Assembly (NCBI RefSeq): GCF_000025505.1
Contig: NC_013849.1
Span: 685,799 to 709,798 of the forward strand
Direction: 5' to 3'
Source: Ferroglobus placidus DSM 10642
GTDB lineage: Archaea; Halobacteriota; Archaeoglobi; Archaeoglobales; Archaeoglobaceae
Length of the DNA stretch: 24,000 nt
Shown: positions 7,647-15,734 of the stretch, in pieces
Layout: each line of letters starts with the position of its first letter
How positions within the stretch are numbered: the stretch's first letter is position 1
The notes under the pieces: generated by a model
Database searches by the model: none
What the model was told of the DNA's origin: nothing
What the model saw: the letters and a program-made list of their open reading frames with translations, nothing else
Translations under genes and position numbers: made by a program

Positions 7647-10600
7647 ATGATTCCCGTCAAATACGCGAATCTTTGCTCCGTATGCCACAAAGACGTAACA
7701 TGGGAGGAGCTTGAAAAGAGTTACTGCAGATTCAAAAAGCTTCCTCAATGCTCCTCGTTCCTCGACAAGATCTATAAGGAGTTCGAAGAGTTTTTCAAAA
7801 AAATTATTGGGGAGCCGAGGTCCATACAGAAATTCTGGGCGAAAAGAGTACTTAGCTTTGAGAGTTTCGCAGCTGTAGCTCCGACTGGAATAGGAAAAAC
7901 ATCCTTCGGCAGCGCCATGGCTTTATTCCTCGCGTTAAAGAAGAGAAAGAGTTACATAATCCTGCCTACAACTCTTTTGGTCGCGCAGGTCGTCGAAAAT
8001 TTGAAAAAATACTGCGAAAAAGCCGGAATTGACTGCGGTTTGAACGAGGAGAAAGAAGTTACTATAGCTTACTATCACGGGAAGCTGAAAGAGAAGGATA
8101 AGTTCTTCGAAATTCTTGAAAAGAACTCCTTCGACATTCTCGTCACCACAACTCAATTCCTCCCGAGGTATTTCGAAAAGCTAAACGGAAAAATTTTCAA
8201 CTTCATCTTCGTGGATGACGTTGATGCGGTTTTAAAAGCTTCGAGAAACGTTGACAGAATTCTGAAACTTCTCGGCTTCAGATACAAAAATGGGAAATGG
8301 GAAGGAAAGCCGAAGGGAGTTTTAATGGTATCCACGGCAACGGCTAAGAAGGGGCAAAAGGTGAAGCTGTTCAGAGAACTCCTCAACTTCGACGTCGGAA
8401 CATCTACGCATGCCGTGAGAAACATAGATGACGTTTACGTCGAAAGAGCTGACGTTGAGGCGGTAAAAGAGATACTGAGAAAGATGGGAAGTGGAGGATT
8501 AATATACGCGAGAAGTAGCGAGGAGGCTGAAGAGCTCTACAACTCGCTAAAGGATGAGTTCAAAGTTGGATTGGTCACAGCCCAAAGAAAGAAGGACTTC
8601 GTTCTCTTCGAGAGAGGCGAAATAGACTATTTAATAGGGACTGCTTATTACTACGGAACTCTCGTCAGAGGTCTCGATCTCCCCGAAAGGATTAGGTTTG
8701 CGGTGTTCTTCAAAGCTCCGGTGTTCAGAGTTAGAATAGAGGACATAGACACGATCTCTCCGGGAATGGTGAGGGTAATTGCTCTAATATTCAAGGAGGA
8801 CGAGAGGGTAAAGAAGTTTATTCCCTACCTTCCCAAAATAACGGAGGGCACGAAGGAATTTGAAGAGCTTAAAAGCATTTTAAAGAAAGTTATAGCCGAG
8901 AGGAAGAAGGAAGTTAAGGACTTCGTTCTCAGAGAGGGAGAGGTAATATTTCCGGACGTGAGAACTTACATCCAAGGCTCCGGAAGGACTTCGAGGCTTT
9001 TTGCCGGGGGAATAACGAAAGGAGCTAGTTTCCTCCTTGAAGATGACGAGGACGTTCTCAAAGCTTTCGTAGAGAGAGCGAGATACTTCGACATAGAATT
9101 CAAGAAAATAGACGAAGTCGACTTCGAAAGCCTGATAAGAGAGATAAACGAGAGCAGAGAAAAGTTCAGGAGGAGAGCAGAGTTCAAAGACGTTATAAAG
9201 CCGACTCTGTTCATAGTCGAAAGTCCGACCAAAGCGAGGCAAATTTCGAGATTTTTCGGACAGCCGAGCGTTAAAGTTATTGGAGATGAAAACGACGTTC
9301 ACGTCGTAGCCTACGAAGTTCCAACGCCGGAGAGAATCCTTATAGTCACCGCAAGCCTCGGACACGTTACAGATTTAATAACGAACAGAGCATTCCACGG
9401 TGTTGAAGTTAACGGAATTTTCGTCCCGATTTACGCTTCGATAAAGAGGTGCAGAGACTGCGGCTATCAGTTTACGGAGGAGAGGGAAAACTGCCCGAAG
9501 TGCGAAAGCTCCAACATCGACGACTCGAAGAAGAGAATAGAAGCTTTGAGAAGGCTTGCGAAAGAGACGGGAGAGGTAATAATAGGCACGGATCCGGATT
9601 CAGAAGGAGAGAAAATCGCCTGGGACATAAAGAACCTGCTCTCCGGCTGTGCTACGATAAAAAGAGCAGAATTTCACGAAGTTACGAGAAGAGCCGTAAC
9701 CGAAGCTTTAGCAAATCTTAGAGACGTCGACGAAAATCTCGTGAAAGCTCAGATAGTCAGGAGAGTCGAGGACAGGTGGATAGGGTTCATTCTGAGTCAA
9801 AAGCTGTGGGAGGTTTTCAAGAACAGAAACTTATCAGCGGGAAGAGCTCAAACTCCCGTTTTAGGATGGATAATCCAGAGAGCCGAGGAGAACAAGAAAA
9901 AGAAGACGGTAGCTTTTGTAAAAGAACTCGGACTAAGCTTGGAGGGAATAGCGAAGAAAGAGCTTGAACTTGAAATAGAGCTGATAGAGAAAAAAGAAGA
10001 AGAAAGAACACCGCTTCCCCCTTACACGACCGATTCCATGCTCAGAGACGCTAATGCAATACTGAAAATGAGCGCAAAGGATGCGATGCAAATAGCTCAG
10101 GAATTGTTTGAGCACGGTCTCATAACTTACCACAGAACAGATTCAACGAGAGTGAGCGAAGTTGGGCTGAGAATAGCCAAGGAGTACCTCGGAGAATATT
10201 TTACTCCGAGAGAGTGGTTTGCCGAAGGTGCGCACGAGTGTATTAGACCGACGAGAGCCATTGATAGAGACACCCTCCAGAGACTGATAAGCGAGGGAAT
10301 TATCGTGGTGGAAAACTTTACGTGGAGGCACTTCGCCCTGTACGATTTAATCTTCAGAAGGTTCATGGCAAGCCAGTGCAAACCTTACAAGGTTGTGGTT
10401 GCCAAATACAGAATTAAAGCCGACGGTAAGGAGTTCGAGGAGGAGAGAATCATCAAAGCTGAGGGAAGGGCTTACGAACTTTACAAGTCAGTTTGGGTTA
10501 GAAACGAGCTGCCAACCGGAAAGATAAAGGTTGAAGCTGAGATAAGGAGAGTTCCAGCTGCTCCTCTGTACACTCAATCAGACGTCGTTGCTTTGATGAA

Positions 10601-10865
10601 AGAAAGAAGAATAGGACGTCCCTCAACTTATGCGACGATAGTGGACAAGCTCTTTCAGAGGAACTACATAATAGAGAAGGGAGGAAAGCTCGTTCCCACA
10701 AAGCTCGGTTACTCAGTCTATGAGTACCTGATTAACAACTACAGATCCTTCGTTTCGGAAGAGAGAACGAGGTTGCTCGAGGAGATGATGGACAAAGTCG
10801 AGAGAGGAGAAGCCGACTACTTCGAAACTTTAAAAGAAATGTATAACGAGGTAAAGCAAATTTAG
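7647..10865 (+). CDS. rgy: Reverse gyrase (helicase-like domain fused to type IA topoisomerase)
   Basis: The N-terminal Zn finger is CSVCHK. The helicase motifs are APTGIGKT (I), VDDVD (II) and QGSGRTSR (VI). The topoisomerase half has Toprim (LFIVESPTKAR, GTDPDSEGE), an inserted Zn ribbon CRDCGYQFTEERENCPKC, and the catalytic Tyr context LITYHRTDSTRVS. Total length is 1072 aa. Confidence 0.95.
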   Translation: MIPVKYANLCSVCHKDVTWEELEKSYCRFKKLPQCSSFLDKIYKEFEEFFKKIIGEPRSIQKFWAKRVLSFESFAAVAPTGIGKTSFGSAMALFLALKKRKSYIILPTTLLVAQVVENLKKYCEKAGIDCGLNEEKEVTIAYYHGKLKEKDKFFEILEKNSFDILVTTTQFLPRYFEKLNGKIFNFIFVDDVDAVLKASRNVDRILKLLGFRYKNGKWEGKPKGVLMVSTATAKKGQKVKLFRELLNFDVGTSTHAVRNIDDVYVERADVEAVKEILRKMGSGGLIYARSSEEAEELYNSLKDEFKVGLVTAQRKKDFVLFERGEIDYLIGTAYYYGTLVRGLDLPERIRFAVFFKAPVFRVRIEDIDTISPGMVRVIALIFKEDERVKKFIPYLPKITEGTKEFEELKSILKKVIAERKKEVKDFVLREGEVIFPDVRTYIQGSGRTSRLFAGGITKGASFLLEDDEDVLKAFVERARYFDIEFKKIDEVDFESLIREINESREKFRRRAEFKDVIKPTLFIVESPTKARQISRFFGQPSVKVIGDENDVHVVAYEVPTPERILIVTASLGHVTDLITNRAFHGVEVNGIFVPIYASIKRCRDCGYQFTEERENCPKCESSNIDDSKKRIEALRRLAKETGEVIIGTDPDSEGEKIAWDIKNLLSGCATIKRAEFHEVTRRAVTEALANLRDVDENLVKAQIVRRVEDRWIGFILSQKLWEVFKNRNLSAGRAQTPVLGWIIQRAEENKKKKTVAFVKELGLSLEGIAKKELELEIELIEKKEEERTPLPPYTTDSMLRDANAILKMSAKDAMQIAQELFEHGLITYHRTDSTRVSEVGLRIAKEYLGEYFTPREWFAEGAHECIRPTRAIDRDTLQRLISEGIIVVENFTWRHFALYDLIFRRFMASQCKPYKVVVAKYRIKADGKEFEEERIIKAEGRAYELYKSVWVRNELPTGKIKVEAEIRRVPAAPLYTQSDVVALMKERRIGRPSTYATIVDKLFQRNYIIEKGGKLVPTKLGYSVYEYLINNYRSFVSEERTRLLEEMMDKVERGEADYFETLKEMYNEVKQI

Positions 10866-12766
10866 TCGATGAAGAAAACTCCTGAAGCGTTTTTATCTAT
10901 TTTTTCCGCTATTTTCTTCACGACTTCCACGTTCGAAGCTATCCCGCTAATCTCCTTCTTTATCACTGCATCGGCAATAGCTCTCTTGAAGACTTTGCCA
11001 GCCGTCTTCGGAAGTTCCTTAACGAAAACGATGAGTCTTGGAAGAGCGATCCTTCCTATATCTTCTTCTATCTTCTTCTTAATTTTCTCAGCCAAATCAT
11101 CGCTTTTTTCGGCAACGACGAAGAGTGCTATGGCTGTTCCTTTAATTCTGTCCGGCACACCAATAGCGGCGCAATCAGCCACCTCCCTCAGTTCCTTAAC
11201 GACCTTCTCTATTTCAACGAGAGAAACTCTGTGACCGCTTATGTTTATAACGTCGTCAGCTCTTCCAGAGATCCATATGTACCCGTCTTCGTCGTAGTAA
11301 GCGTAGTCTCCCGTTAAGTATACTCTCTTACCGAACTTAGACCAGTAAAGCTGCACGTAGGCTTTAGGGTCTCCGTGAATTCCGAGCATGAATCCGGGGA
11401 ACATTTTCTTTATAACCAGATGTCCGAGCTGATAGGGCTTGGCTTTTTTCCCTCCGCTGTCGTATATGTCCACCTCTATCCCCGGCAAGGGTTTCGAAAC
11501 TGAGCCGGGTTTCATGGGTGTTAAGGCTGGAATTGGAGCGATGACTATCCCTCCAGTTTCCGTCTGCCACCAAGTGTCAACTACGGGACATTTCTTTTTC
11601 CCGACTTCCTCGTAAAGCCAGAGCCAGTTTTCAGCTTCGAGGGGCTCTCCGACGCTACCTATCAACCTTAGAGTCGATAAGTCGAAGCTATCTATGTTCC
11701 CACATCCCTGAAGCATTCTCACAAGAGTTGGAACTGTGTAAAAGACAGTAACTCCATACTTCTCTATCAACTCGAAGGTTCTGCATATGTCTGGATAGTC
11801 AGGAGCTCCTTCGTAGAGGAGAACCGTGGCACCTAAAGAAAGAGGTCCGTAAACCGAGTAGCTGTGCCCGGTGATCCAGCCGAGGTCGGCTGTGCAGAAA
11901 AGAACGTCTTCATCTTTCAGGTCGAGAACTATTTTGCTCGTCGCGTAGACGTGAACGAGGTATCCGCCAGTGGAGTGGATAATTCCCTTAGGCTCAGCAA
12001 CGCTCCCAGAAGTGTAGATTATGAAGAGCGGATCGTTAGCATCTGTTATCTCGCATTCCGACTTAGCTTTCTCCTTTCTTACGAGCTCAGCATAGTCGTG
12101 ATCTCTTCCTTCTTTCATATCGATTTCGTTTCCCGCTCTCCTAACGACTACGACGTTCTCTACGCCTTTGTACTCTTCGAGAGCCTCGTCGGCTTTCTCT
12201 TTTAAGTTTATCAAATTTCCCCTTCTGTAGTATCCGTCAGCGGTTATGAGAAGCTTAACTCCTGAATCTTTCATTCTGAAAGCTGCAGATTTCGGAGAAA
12301 ATCCTGCGAATATGAAAACGTGAGTTGCCCCTATTCTCGCGGCAGCGAGCATGGAGATTACCGCTTCCGGTAAATTCGGCATGTATATTCCAACTTTGTC
12401 TCCCTTCTTTACACCAAGATTTCTCAAAGCGTTGGATAGCTTTCCTACTTCTCTGTACAAATCGAAGTACGTCAGAACTCTGTTTTCCCCCTTTTCCCCC
12501 TCCCAGATTATAGCAGCTTTGTTCCTCTTCTCTTTTAAGTGCCTGTCAACGCAGTTGTAGCTTGCGTTTATTTTTCCGTTGACGAAAAATCTGTAGTAGG
12601 GAGCCTTCGAGTCGTCGAAAAACTTCTCCCAAGGTTCAAACCAGTGCAATTCTTTGGCAAAGCTTTCCCAGTAATCTATCCAGTTCTCCTTAGCTTTCGA
12701 GTAGATAGCCGGATCTTTAACGTTCGCTTTCTCGACAAAATCTTCCGGAGGGTATATGCTCTTCAT
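10862..12766 (-). CDS. acs: Acetyl-CoA synthetase (AMP-forming acyl-CoA synthetase)
   Basis: The AMP-binding signature is YTSGSVAEPKGIIHSTGGYL, followed by DTWWQTETGG, YLTGDYAYYDEDGYIWISGRADDVINISGHR, and a C-terminal ELPKTAGKVFKR. The ORF track begins at a TTG (12826). The ATG at 12764-12766 (MKSIYPPEDF...) is preferred. Confidence 0.9.
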   Translation of the reverse strand: MKSIYPPEDFVEKANVKDPAIYSKAKENWIDYWESFAKELHWFEPWEKFFDDSKAPYYRFFVNGKINASYNCVDRHLKEKRNKAAIIWEGEKGENRVLTYFDLYREVGKLSNALRNLGVKKGDKVGIYMPNLPEAVISMLAAARIGATHVFIFAGFSPKSAAFRMKDSGVKLLITADGYYRRGNLINLKEKADEALEEYKGVENVVVVRRAGNEIDMKEGRDHDYAELVRKEKAKSECEITDANDPLFIIYTSGSVAEPKGIIHSTGGYLVHVYATSKIVLDLKDEDVLFCTADLGWITGHSYSVYGPLSLGATVLLYEGAPDYPDICRTFELIEKYGVTVFYTVPTLVRMLQGCGNIDSFDLSTLRLIGSVGEPLEAENWLWLYEEVGKKKCPVVDTWWQTETGGIVIAPIPALTPMKPGSVSKPLPGIEVDIYDSGGKKAKPYQLGHLVIKKMFPGFMLGIHGDPKAYVQLYWSKFGKRVYLTGDYAYYDEDGYIWISGRADDVINISGHRVSLVEIEKVVKELREVADCAAIGVPDRIKGTAIALFVVAEKSDDLAEKIKKKIEEDIGRIALPRLIVFVKELPKTAGKVFKRAIADAVIKKEISGIASNVEVVKKIAEKIDKNASGVFFID

Positions 12767-12977
12767 TATAGAGGAAGTTAATCTTTTAGCGTATTTAGAG
12801 TTAACGAATTTTGCCTGAGTTTTCAAAACTCTACTGATCTTTCCCAGAATCGCTACGTGAAACGTTATGAAACTTTTTGAAGCGTTCTAAAGCCTTTTAT
12901 CGCTTATCTCCATTTCGTTTTATCCCCCAACATCTATTGCCCTTCAGTTCTTACTTTCAAATCAGAGGTGATGTGAG

Positions 12978-13400
12978 ATGAAAAGAAGTTTGGTGTTTAG
13001 CATATTGCTCGGGCTGGTGGCTCTGACAGCCTACGCATCAGCCCACGGATTTGGCATGATGGGGTACGGTATGGGTATGGGAGGTATGTACGGAGAGGAT
13101 ATGATGAACTACTATAACACAGACGAAGCACAGACGGAAGTGAGCGGGAAAGTTGCGGCTGTGTACCCAATGGCAATAGTACTTGAAGATGGCAAGTACA
13201 TCAGAGTTCCCTGGTGGGTTGCCGCAAATCTAGGCTTAAAGCCGGGAGATGTAGTGAAGGTCGAAGGAGTAAGCTACGGAAACGTGATAGTCCCAACGTA
13301 CATAGAAGCGAACGGTAAAACGTTCCAAAGTCCAGTTTACTACCAGAATCCGGGATACGGTTACTACTCCGGCTACCACTGCCCCATGATGGGGTGGTGA
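12978..13400 (+). CDS. Secreted Met/Gly/Tyr-rich protein (putative soft-metal-binding)
   Basis: GAGGTGAT SD lies 6 nt upstream of the ATG. A Sec-type signal peptide MKRSLVFSILLGLVALTAYASA is followed by HGFGMMGYGMGMGGMYGEDMM. A beta-rich central part and a C-terminal YYSGYHCPMMGW follow. No family was recognised by eye. Confidence 0.6.
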   Translation: MKRSLVFSILLGLVALTAYASAHGFGMMGYGMGMGGMYGEDMMNYYNTDEAQTEVSGKVAAVYPMAIVLEDGKYIRVPWWVAANLGLKPGDVVKVEGVSYGNVIVPTYIEANGKTFQSPVYYQNPGYGYYSGYHCPMMGW

Positions 13401-13433
13401 TACGATCTTCCCCAATTTTTTGGAGGTTGTGAC

Positions 13434-13682
13434 ATGATGGGATACGGTATGATGGGAGGCATGATGGGGAACAACTTCGGAGGATGGTACTTCGGCAGCT
13501 TCGTCTGGCAGATACTCTGGCTCGCGATAATAGTGGCTGTGATCTACATTCTAATGAACTCACTGAGCTCTGGAAAGAAGAGCGAAGATATGTCCCTTCA
13601 AATCTTGAAAGAGAGGCTCGCGAGAGGAGAGATCAGCCAGGAAGAATACATCAAGTTGAAAGACGCTCTATCGAGAAGTTAA
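13434..13682 (+). CDS. SHOCT-domain membrane protein with a Met/Gly-rich extracytoplasmic N-terminus
   Basis: GGAGGT SD lies 7 nt upstream. The layout is MMGYGMMGGMMGNNFGG, then one TM helix (WQILWLAIIVAVIYILM), then a C-terminal ILKERLARGEISQEEYIKLKDAL that matches the SHOCT short C-terminal domain pattern. Confidence 0.75.
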   Translation: MMGYGMMGGMMGNNFGGWYFGSFVWQILWLAIIVAVIYILMNSLSSGKKSEDMSLQILKERLARGEISQEEYIKLKDALSRS

Positions 13683-13695
13683 AGCTGTCGCAACC

Positions 13696-13721
13696 TTTTT
13701 ATACATTTATTGTAAAATAAG
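13696..13721 (+). promoter_or_regulatory. Copy 1 of the conserved ~26-nt promoter/operator-like element (TTTTTATACA-TTTATT-GTAAAATAAG)
   Basis: It ends 3 nt before the GTG of the thioredoxin-like gene. It shares 21/26 nt with copies 2 and 3 (hand count), including the exact 10-mer GTAAAATAAG. Confidence 0.5.
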
Positions 13722-13724
13722 TTC

Positions 13725-14204
13725 GTGAAAGAGAAGAGACCTCTACCAATCTTTGCGATGGCTCTCGTACTCTTCGGGGTAGCTGCGATCTTCTTTGGTG
13801 TCAACGAATACGAGGAGTATCCGATAAAATTCTACAGCCTCGAAGAGGGGTTTAAAGTTGCGAAAATGGAAAACAAGCTCGTTTTGGTTTACATCCACTC
13901 CGATACCTGCTACGTCTGCAGAGCATTCCTTGAGGATCTATCGAAGTACGAAGATTTGCAAAAAACCTTTGAAAAGTTCGTTGTTGTCAAAGTGGACTTT
14001 CTAACTGAGAGGGCTTTAGCAGTGAAGTTCGGCGCTACTGGCACTCCCGAATTCCACGTCTTCTACCCCAACGGCACGCCGATGAAAATAAATGGGGTGA
14101 GAGCAGTTTATATCGGATACGCCGGCTCTCCGGACGATGAAAAAGCGAGAAAGTCCTTAATATCTTTTCTTGAGACCGCTTTAGAAAGCTACGACAGAAG
14201 ATGA
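13725..14204 (+). CDS. Membrane-anchored thioredoxin-fold thiol:disulfide oxidoreductase
   Basis: An N-terminal TM anchor (LPIFAMALVLFGVAAIFFGV) is followed by a thioredoxin-like motif VLVYIHSDTCYVCRAF (CxxC) and a cis-Pro region GATGTPEFHVFYPNG. The start is a GTG with a TATA-like TTTTTATA 22-29 nt upstream and no SD, so the mRNA may be leaderless. An alternative ATG lies at 13758. Confidence 0.7.
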   Translation: MKEKRPLPIFAMALVLFGVAAIFFGVNEYEEYPIKFYSLEEGFKVAKMENKLVLVYIHSDTCYVCRAFLEDLSKYEDLQKTFEKFVVVKVDFLTERALAVKFGATGTPEFHVFYPNGTPMKINGVRAVYIGYAGSPDDEKARKSLISFLETALESYDRR

Positions 14205-14212
14205 TCGAAACA

Positions 14213-14238
14213 TTATTATACACCTAACGTAAAATAAG
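14213..14238 (+). promoter_or_regulatory. Copy 2 of the conserved element (TTATTATACA-CCTAAC-GTAAAATAAG)
   Basis: It ends 4 nt before the ATG of the 21-aa ORF, upstream of the rhodanese gene. The ACA-N6-GTAAAATAAG spacing is the same as in copy 1. Confidence 0.5.
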
Positions 14239-14242
14239 GAGT

Positions 14243-14308
14243 ATGAAAATCGAAAAAGTGAAGAGAGAAAAAAGAGGAGTTTGCAAGTGCCACAACTCTT
14301 GCAGCTAA
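14243..14308 (+). CDS. Candidate 21-aa Cys-rich small ORF (MKIEKVKREKRGVCKCHNSCS)
   Basis: It falls below the ORF-track size cutoff and was found by reading the 135-nt gap between the thioredoxin-like and rhodanese genes. The ATG is 4 nt after a copy of the conserved GTAAAATAAG element and about 25 nt after the TATA-like ATTATTATA, the same geometry as neighbouring genes. The basic N-half is followed by C-x-C-x3-C. There is no homology support. Confidence 0.3.
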   Translation: MKIEKVKREKRGVCKCHNSCS

Positions 14309-14339
14309 AATCAAATTTTTATTTTTTGGAGGTGGTTGC

Positions 14340-14735
14340 TTGTCCGGAAAGTTAATAACAGCTTTTGCTATCGGCATCGTTGCAGCGTTTCTGCTCTACA
14401 ACAGCTTCGTTCTCTTTCCAAAGGAAAAAGCCTTCAAATCTGTATCTCCTGAAGAATTTTACAAGCTAATGCAGAACGAAGAAGCTTTTGTAATAGACGT
14501 TCACGTTCCGGAGCAGAAACATTTAAACGGAACCGATGCTTGGATACCCTACGACAGGATTGAAGAGTTCAAAGACCTCTTACCCAAAGACAAGAACACT
14601 CCCATCCTCGTTTACTGCAGATCCGGACAGATGAGTAAAATTGCCGCTTCAAAACTCGCTCAGATTGGATACAAAAACATCTACGAACTTGATGGAGGTA
14701 TTTTAGCTTGGCAAAGAGCCAATCTACCTTACTGA
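14340..14735 (+). CDS. Membrane-anchored single-domain rhodanese (sulfurtransferase)
   Basis: A TTG start is preceded by a strong SD GGAGGTGG (14328-14335). An N-terminal TM helix (LITAFAIGIVAAFLLYNSFVLF) is followed by a rhodanese fold with the active-site loop YCRSGQMS and a C-terminal LDGGILAW. Confidence 0.8.
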   Translation: MSGKLITAFAIGIVAAFLLYNSFVLFPKEKAFKSVSPEEFYKLMQNEEAFVIDVHVPEQKHLNGTDAWIPYDRIEEFKDLLPKDKNTPILVYCRSGQMSKIAASKLAQIGYKNIYELDGGILAWQRANLPY

Positions 14736-14736
14736 G

Positions 14737-15273
14737 CTAAACAAATCCCCACGGAGTTGAAGAGTACTTCCACACCGCTATTAAAACTGAGAAAATCAAT
14801 ACCACAATTTTCAATTTTTCGTAGTCCACGAACATAACTTTGGCAAGAAAACTCGAATCTTCGAAGAGGGCATTTTTCTGTATAGTCGAGAGCATCCATA
14901 CCGTCCCAACCACACTTGATAAAACGCCAATCAGAAGGAAGAACTCCGTGTACAACGTGAGAAAATAGCTTATTCCCACCCCAAGTAGAGGAACTGCATC
15001 AGTGACATGGTGGAGACAGCAAGCGACCATGCTTCCTGCTGAAATCCCTCCGGTGGCTATGCTTTTACAACTTTCACGATAGGATTTTATGTGGGTGTAG
15101 AGTGCAATCTGCAAACCAAAGCCAGCGCTGATCGGGAATACGTACATCCAGTAATTTTTTAGATTCCAAATAACTCCTTCATAACCAGCTGCGGCGTAAT
15201 TCACGAGAATATAGAAGGTAAGGAGAGAAATAAAAGCTATAAAACCATTTCTCACTTCTTTCATATCTCCCAC
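14737..15273 (-). CDS. Polytopic membrane protein with an intramembrane vicinal-cysteine/His motif (GSMVACCLHHV)
   Basis: 178 aa with about five hydrophobic helices. The third helix carries ISAGSMVACCLHHVTDAVPLLG. The start overlaps the upstream gene by 13 nt. The family was not recognised by eye. Confidence 0.6.
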   Translation of the reverse strand: MGDMKEVRNGFIAFISLLTFYILVNYAAAGYEGVIWNLKNYWMYVFPISAGFGLQIALYTHIKSYRESCKSIATGGISAGSMVACCLHHVTDAVPLLGVGISYFLTLYTEFFLLIGVLSSVVGTVWMLSTIQKNALFEDSSFLAKVMFVDYEKLKIVVLIFSVLIAVWKYSSTPWGFV

Positions 15274-15692
15274 TCCAAAACCCTCTCACTCTCCAGCTTC
15301 ACAACAAGTTTGAATTTTCCAGCTCTTTCTATTTCTTTCAGCGCCTCTTCGGGAAACTCAAGAATTCCGATTCTGTGATGTCCCCAAGATTTTTCGTCTT
15401 CTTTCCAAGAAACCGGTGAAAACTTTTTTCCGCCTACCTCAAGAGTCGTTCCATTTACTATGTCGTAGATGTATAGGTCTCCGGAGTGCGTGTCGAGTCT
15501 GAAGTAAAAGGTCGGCTTCGTCAATTCTGGATACTTCGGGTTCAGGTACATGGCGGTAACCTGCACATTACCGTAACTGACCTTGACGAGATCCTCTTCT
15601 TTCAATTCCTTAGGTTTGCCGTAGAAGTTATAGAGAATCACAAACACTCCGGCAAAAATGAGAATTGCAGCAATCAACAATTTCCTGTCCAT
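15261..15692 (-). CDS. Membrane-anchored extracytoplasmic protein with His motifs (DTHSGD, GHHR), function unknown
   Basis: An N-terminal TM anchor (LLIAAILIFAGVFVILY) is followed by a beta-rich domain with FYFRLDTHSGDLY and SWGHHRIGILEF. The ATG (15690-15692) abuts the palindromic element. An ATATATA box lies about 27 nt upstream on the coding strand. Confidence 0.55.
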   Translation of the reverse strand: MDRKLLIAAILIFAGVFVILYNFYGKPKELKEEDLVKVSYGNVQVTAMYLNPKYPELTKPTFYFRLDTHSGDLYIYDIVNGTTLEVGGKKFSPVSWKEDEKSWGHHRIGILEFPEEALKEIERAGKFKLVVKLESERVLEWEI

Positions 15693-15716
15693 GTTTTACA
15701 TTTGATGTAAAATAAG
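15691..15716 (+). promoter_or_regulatory. Copy 3 of the conserved element, the most symmetric copy (GTTTTACA-TTTGA-TGTAAAAT)
   Basis: It lies in the 42-nt gap between the copG-like gene and the His-motif gene. Its left edge overlaps the ATG (15690-15692) of the minus-strand gene. A 7-bp perfect inverted repeat TTTTACA/TGTAAAA has a 5-nt spacer. An ATATATA box (15718-15724) flanks it. A further GTTTTACA occurs at 15732-15739. Confidence 0.5.
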
Positions 15717-15734
15717 GTATATATCGTTTTTGTT

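Noticed and set aside
8880-9365. 161-aa ORF antisense to reverse gyrase (and the similar antisense ORFs 8153-8425, 8966-9232 and 10127-10381)
   Set aside because: All lie entirely inside the well-supported rgy reading frame. Their products are low-complexity and Ser/Leu/Phe-rich, as is typical of shadow ORFs opposite Glu/Lys-rich coding sequence. They have no start-site signals.
10862-10865. 4-nt overlaps of convergent stop codons (rgy/acs at 10862-10865; methyltransferase/phosphoesterase at 16837-16840)
   Set aside because: TTAG-type overlaps of convergent stops are common in compact archaeal genomes and need no special explanation.
10869-11234. 121-aa plus-strand ORF, and other ORFs (11364-11573, 11864-12205, 12325-12781), overlapping the acs gene
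   Set aside because: These are shadow frames of a gene with unambiguous acetyl-CoA synthetase motifs. They have no recognisable domains.
12767-12826. N-terminal extensions proposed by the ORF track: TTG 12826 for acs, 22204 for the cytochrome c, 19696 for the nitroreductase, 2132 for the GTPase and 20331 for PhzF
   Set aside because: In each case an ATG further in gives an N-terminus that begins where family-typical sequence begins. For the cytochrome c it also removes an overlap with the neighbouring Cas4-like gene. The extensions use rare starts or add non-conserved-looking residues.
13201-13563. 120-aa minus-strand ORF spanning the two Met-rich genes
   Set aside because: It bridges two plus-strand genes that each have a strong SD, a signal peptide or TM segment, and (for the second) a SHOCT domain. 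The antisense product is an Arg/Ser-rich low-complexity sequence.
14236-14242. AAGGAG upstream of the 21-aa ORF as a Shine-Dalgarno site
   Set aside because: The AGGAG core ends only 1 nt before the ATG, which is too close for a functional SD. It is part of the conserved GTAAAATAAGG element instead. Support for the small ORF therefore rests on leaderless-type geometry, not on an SD.
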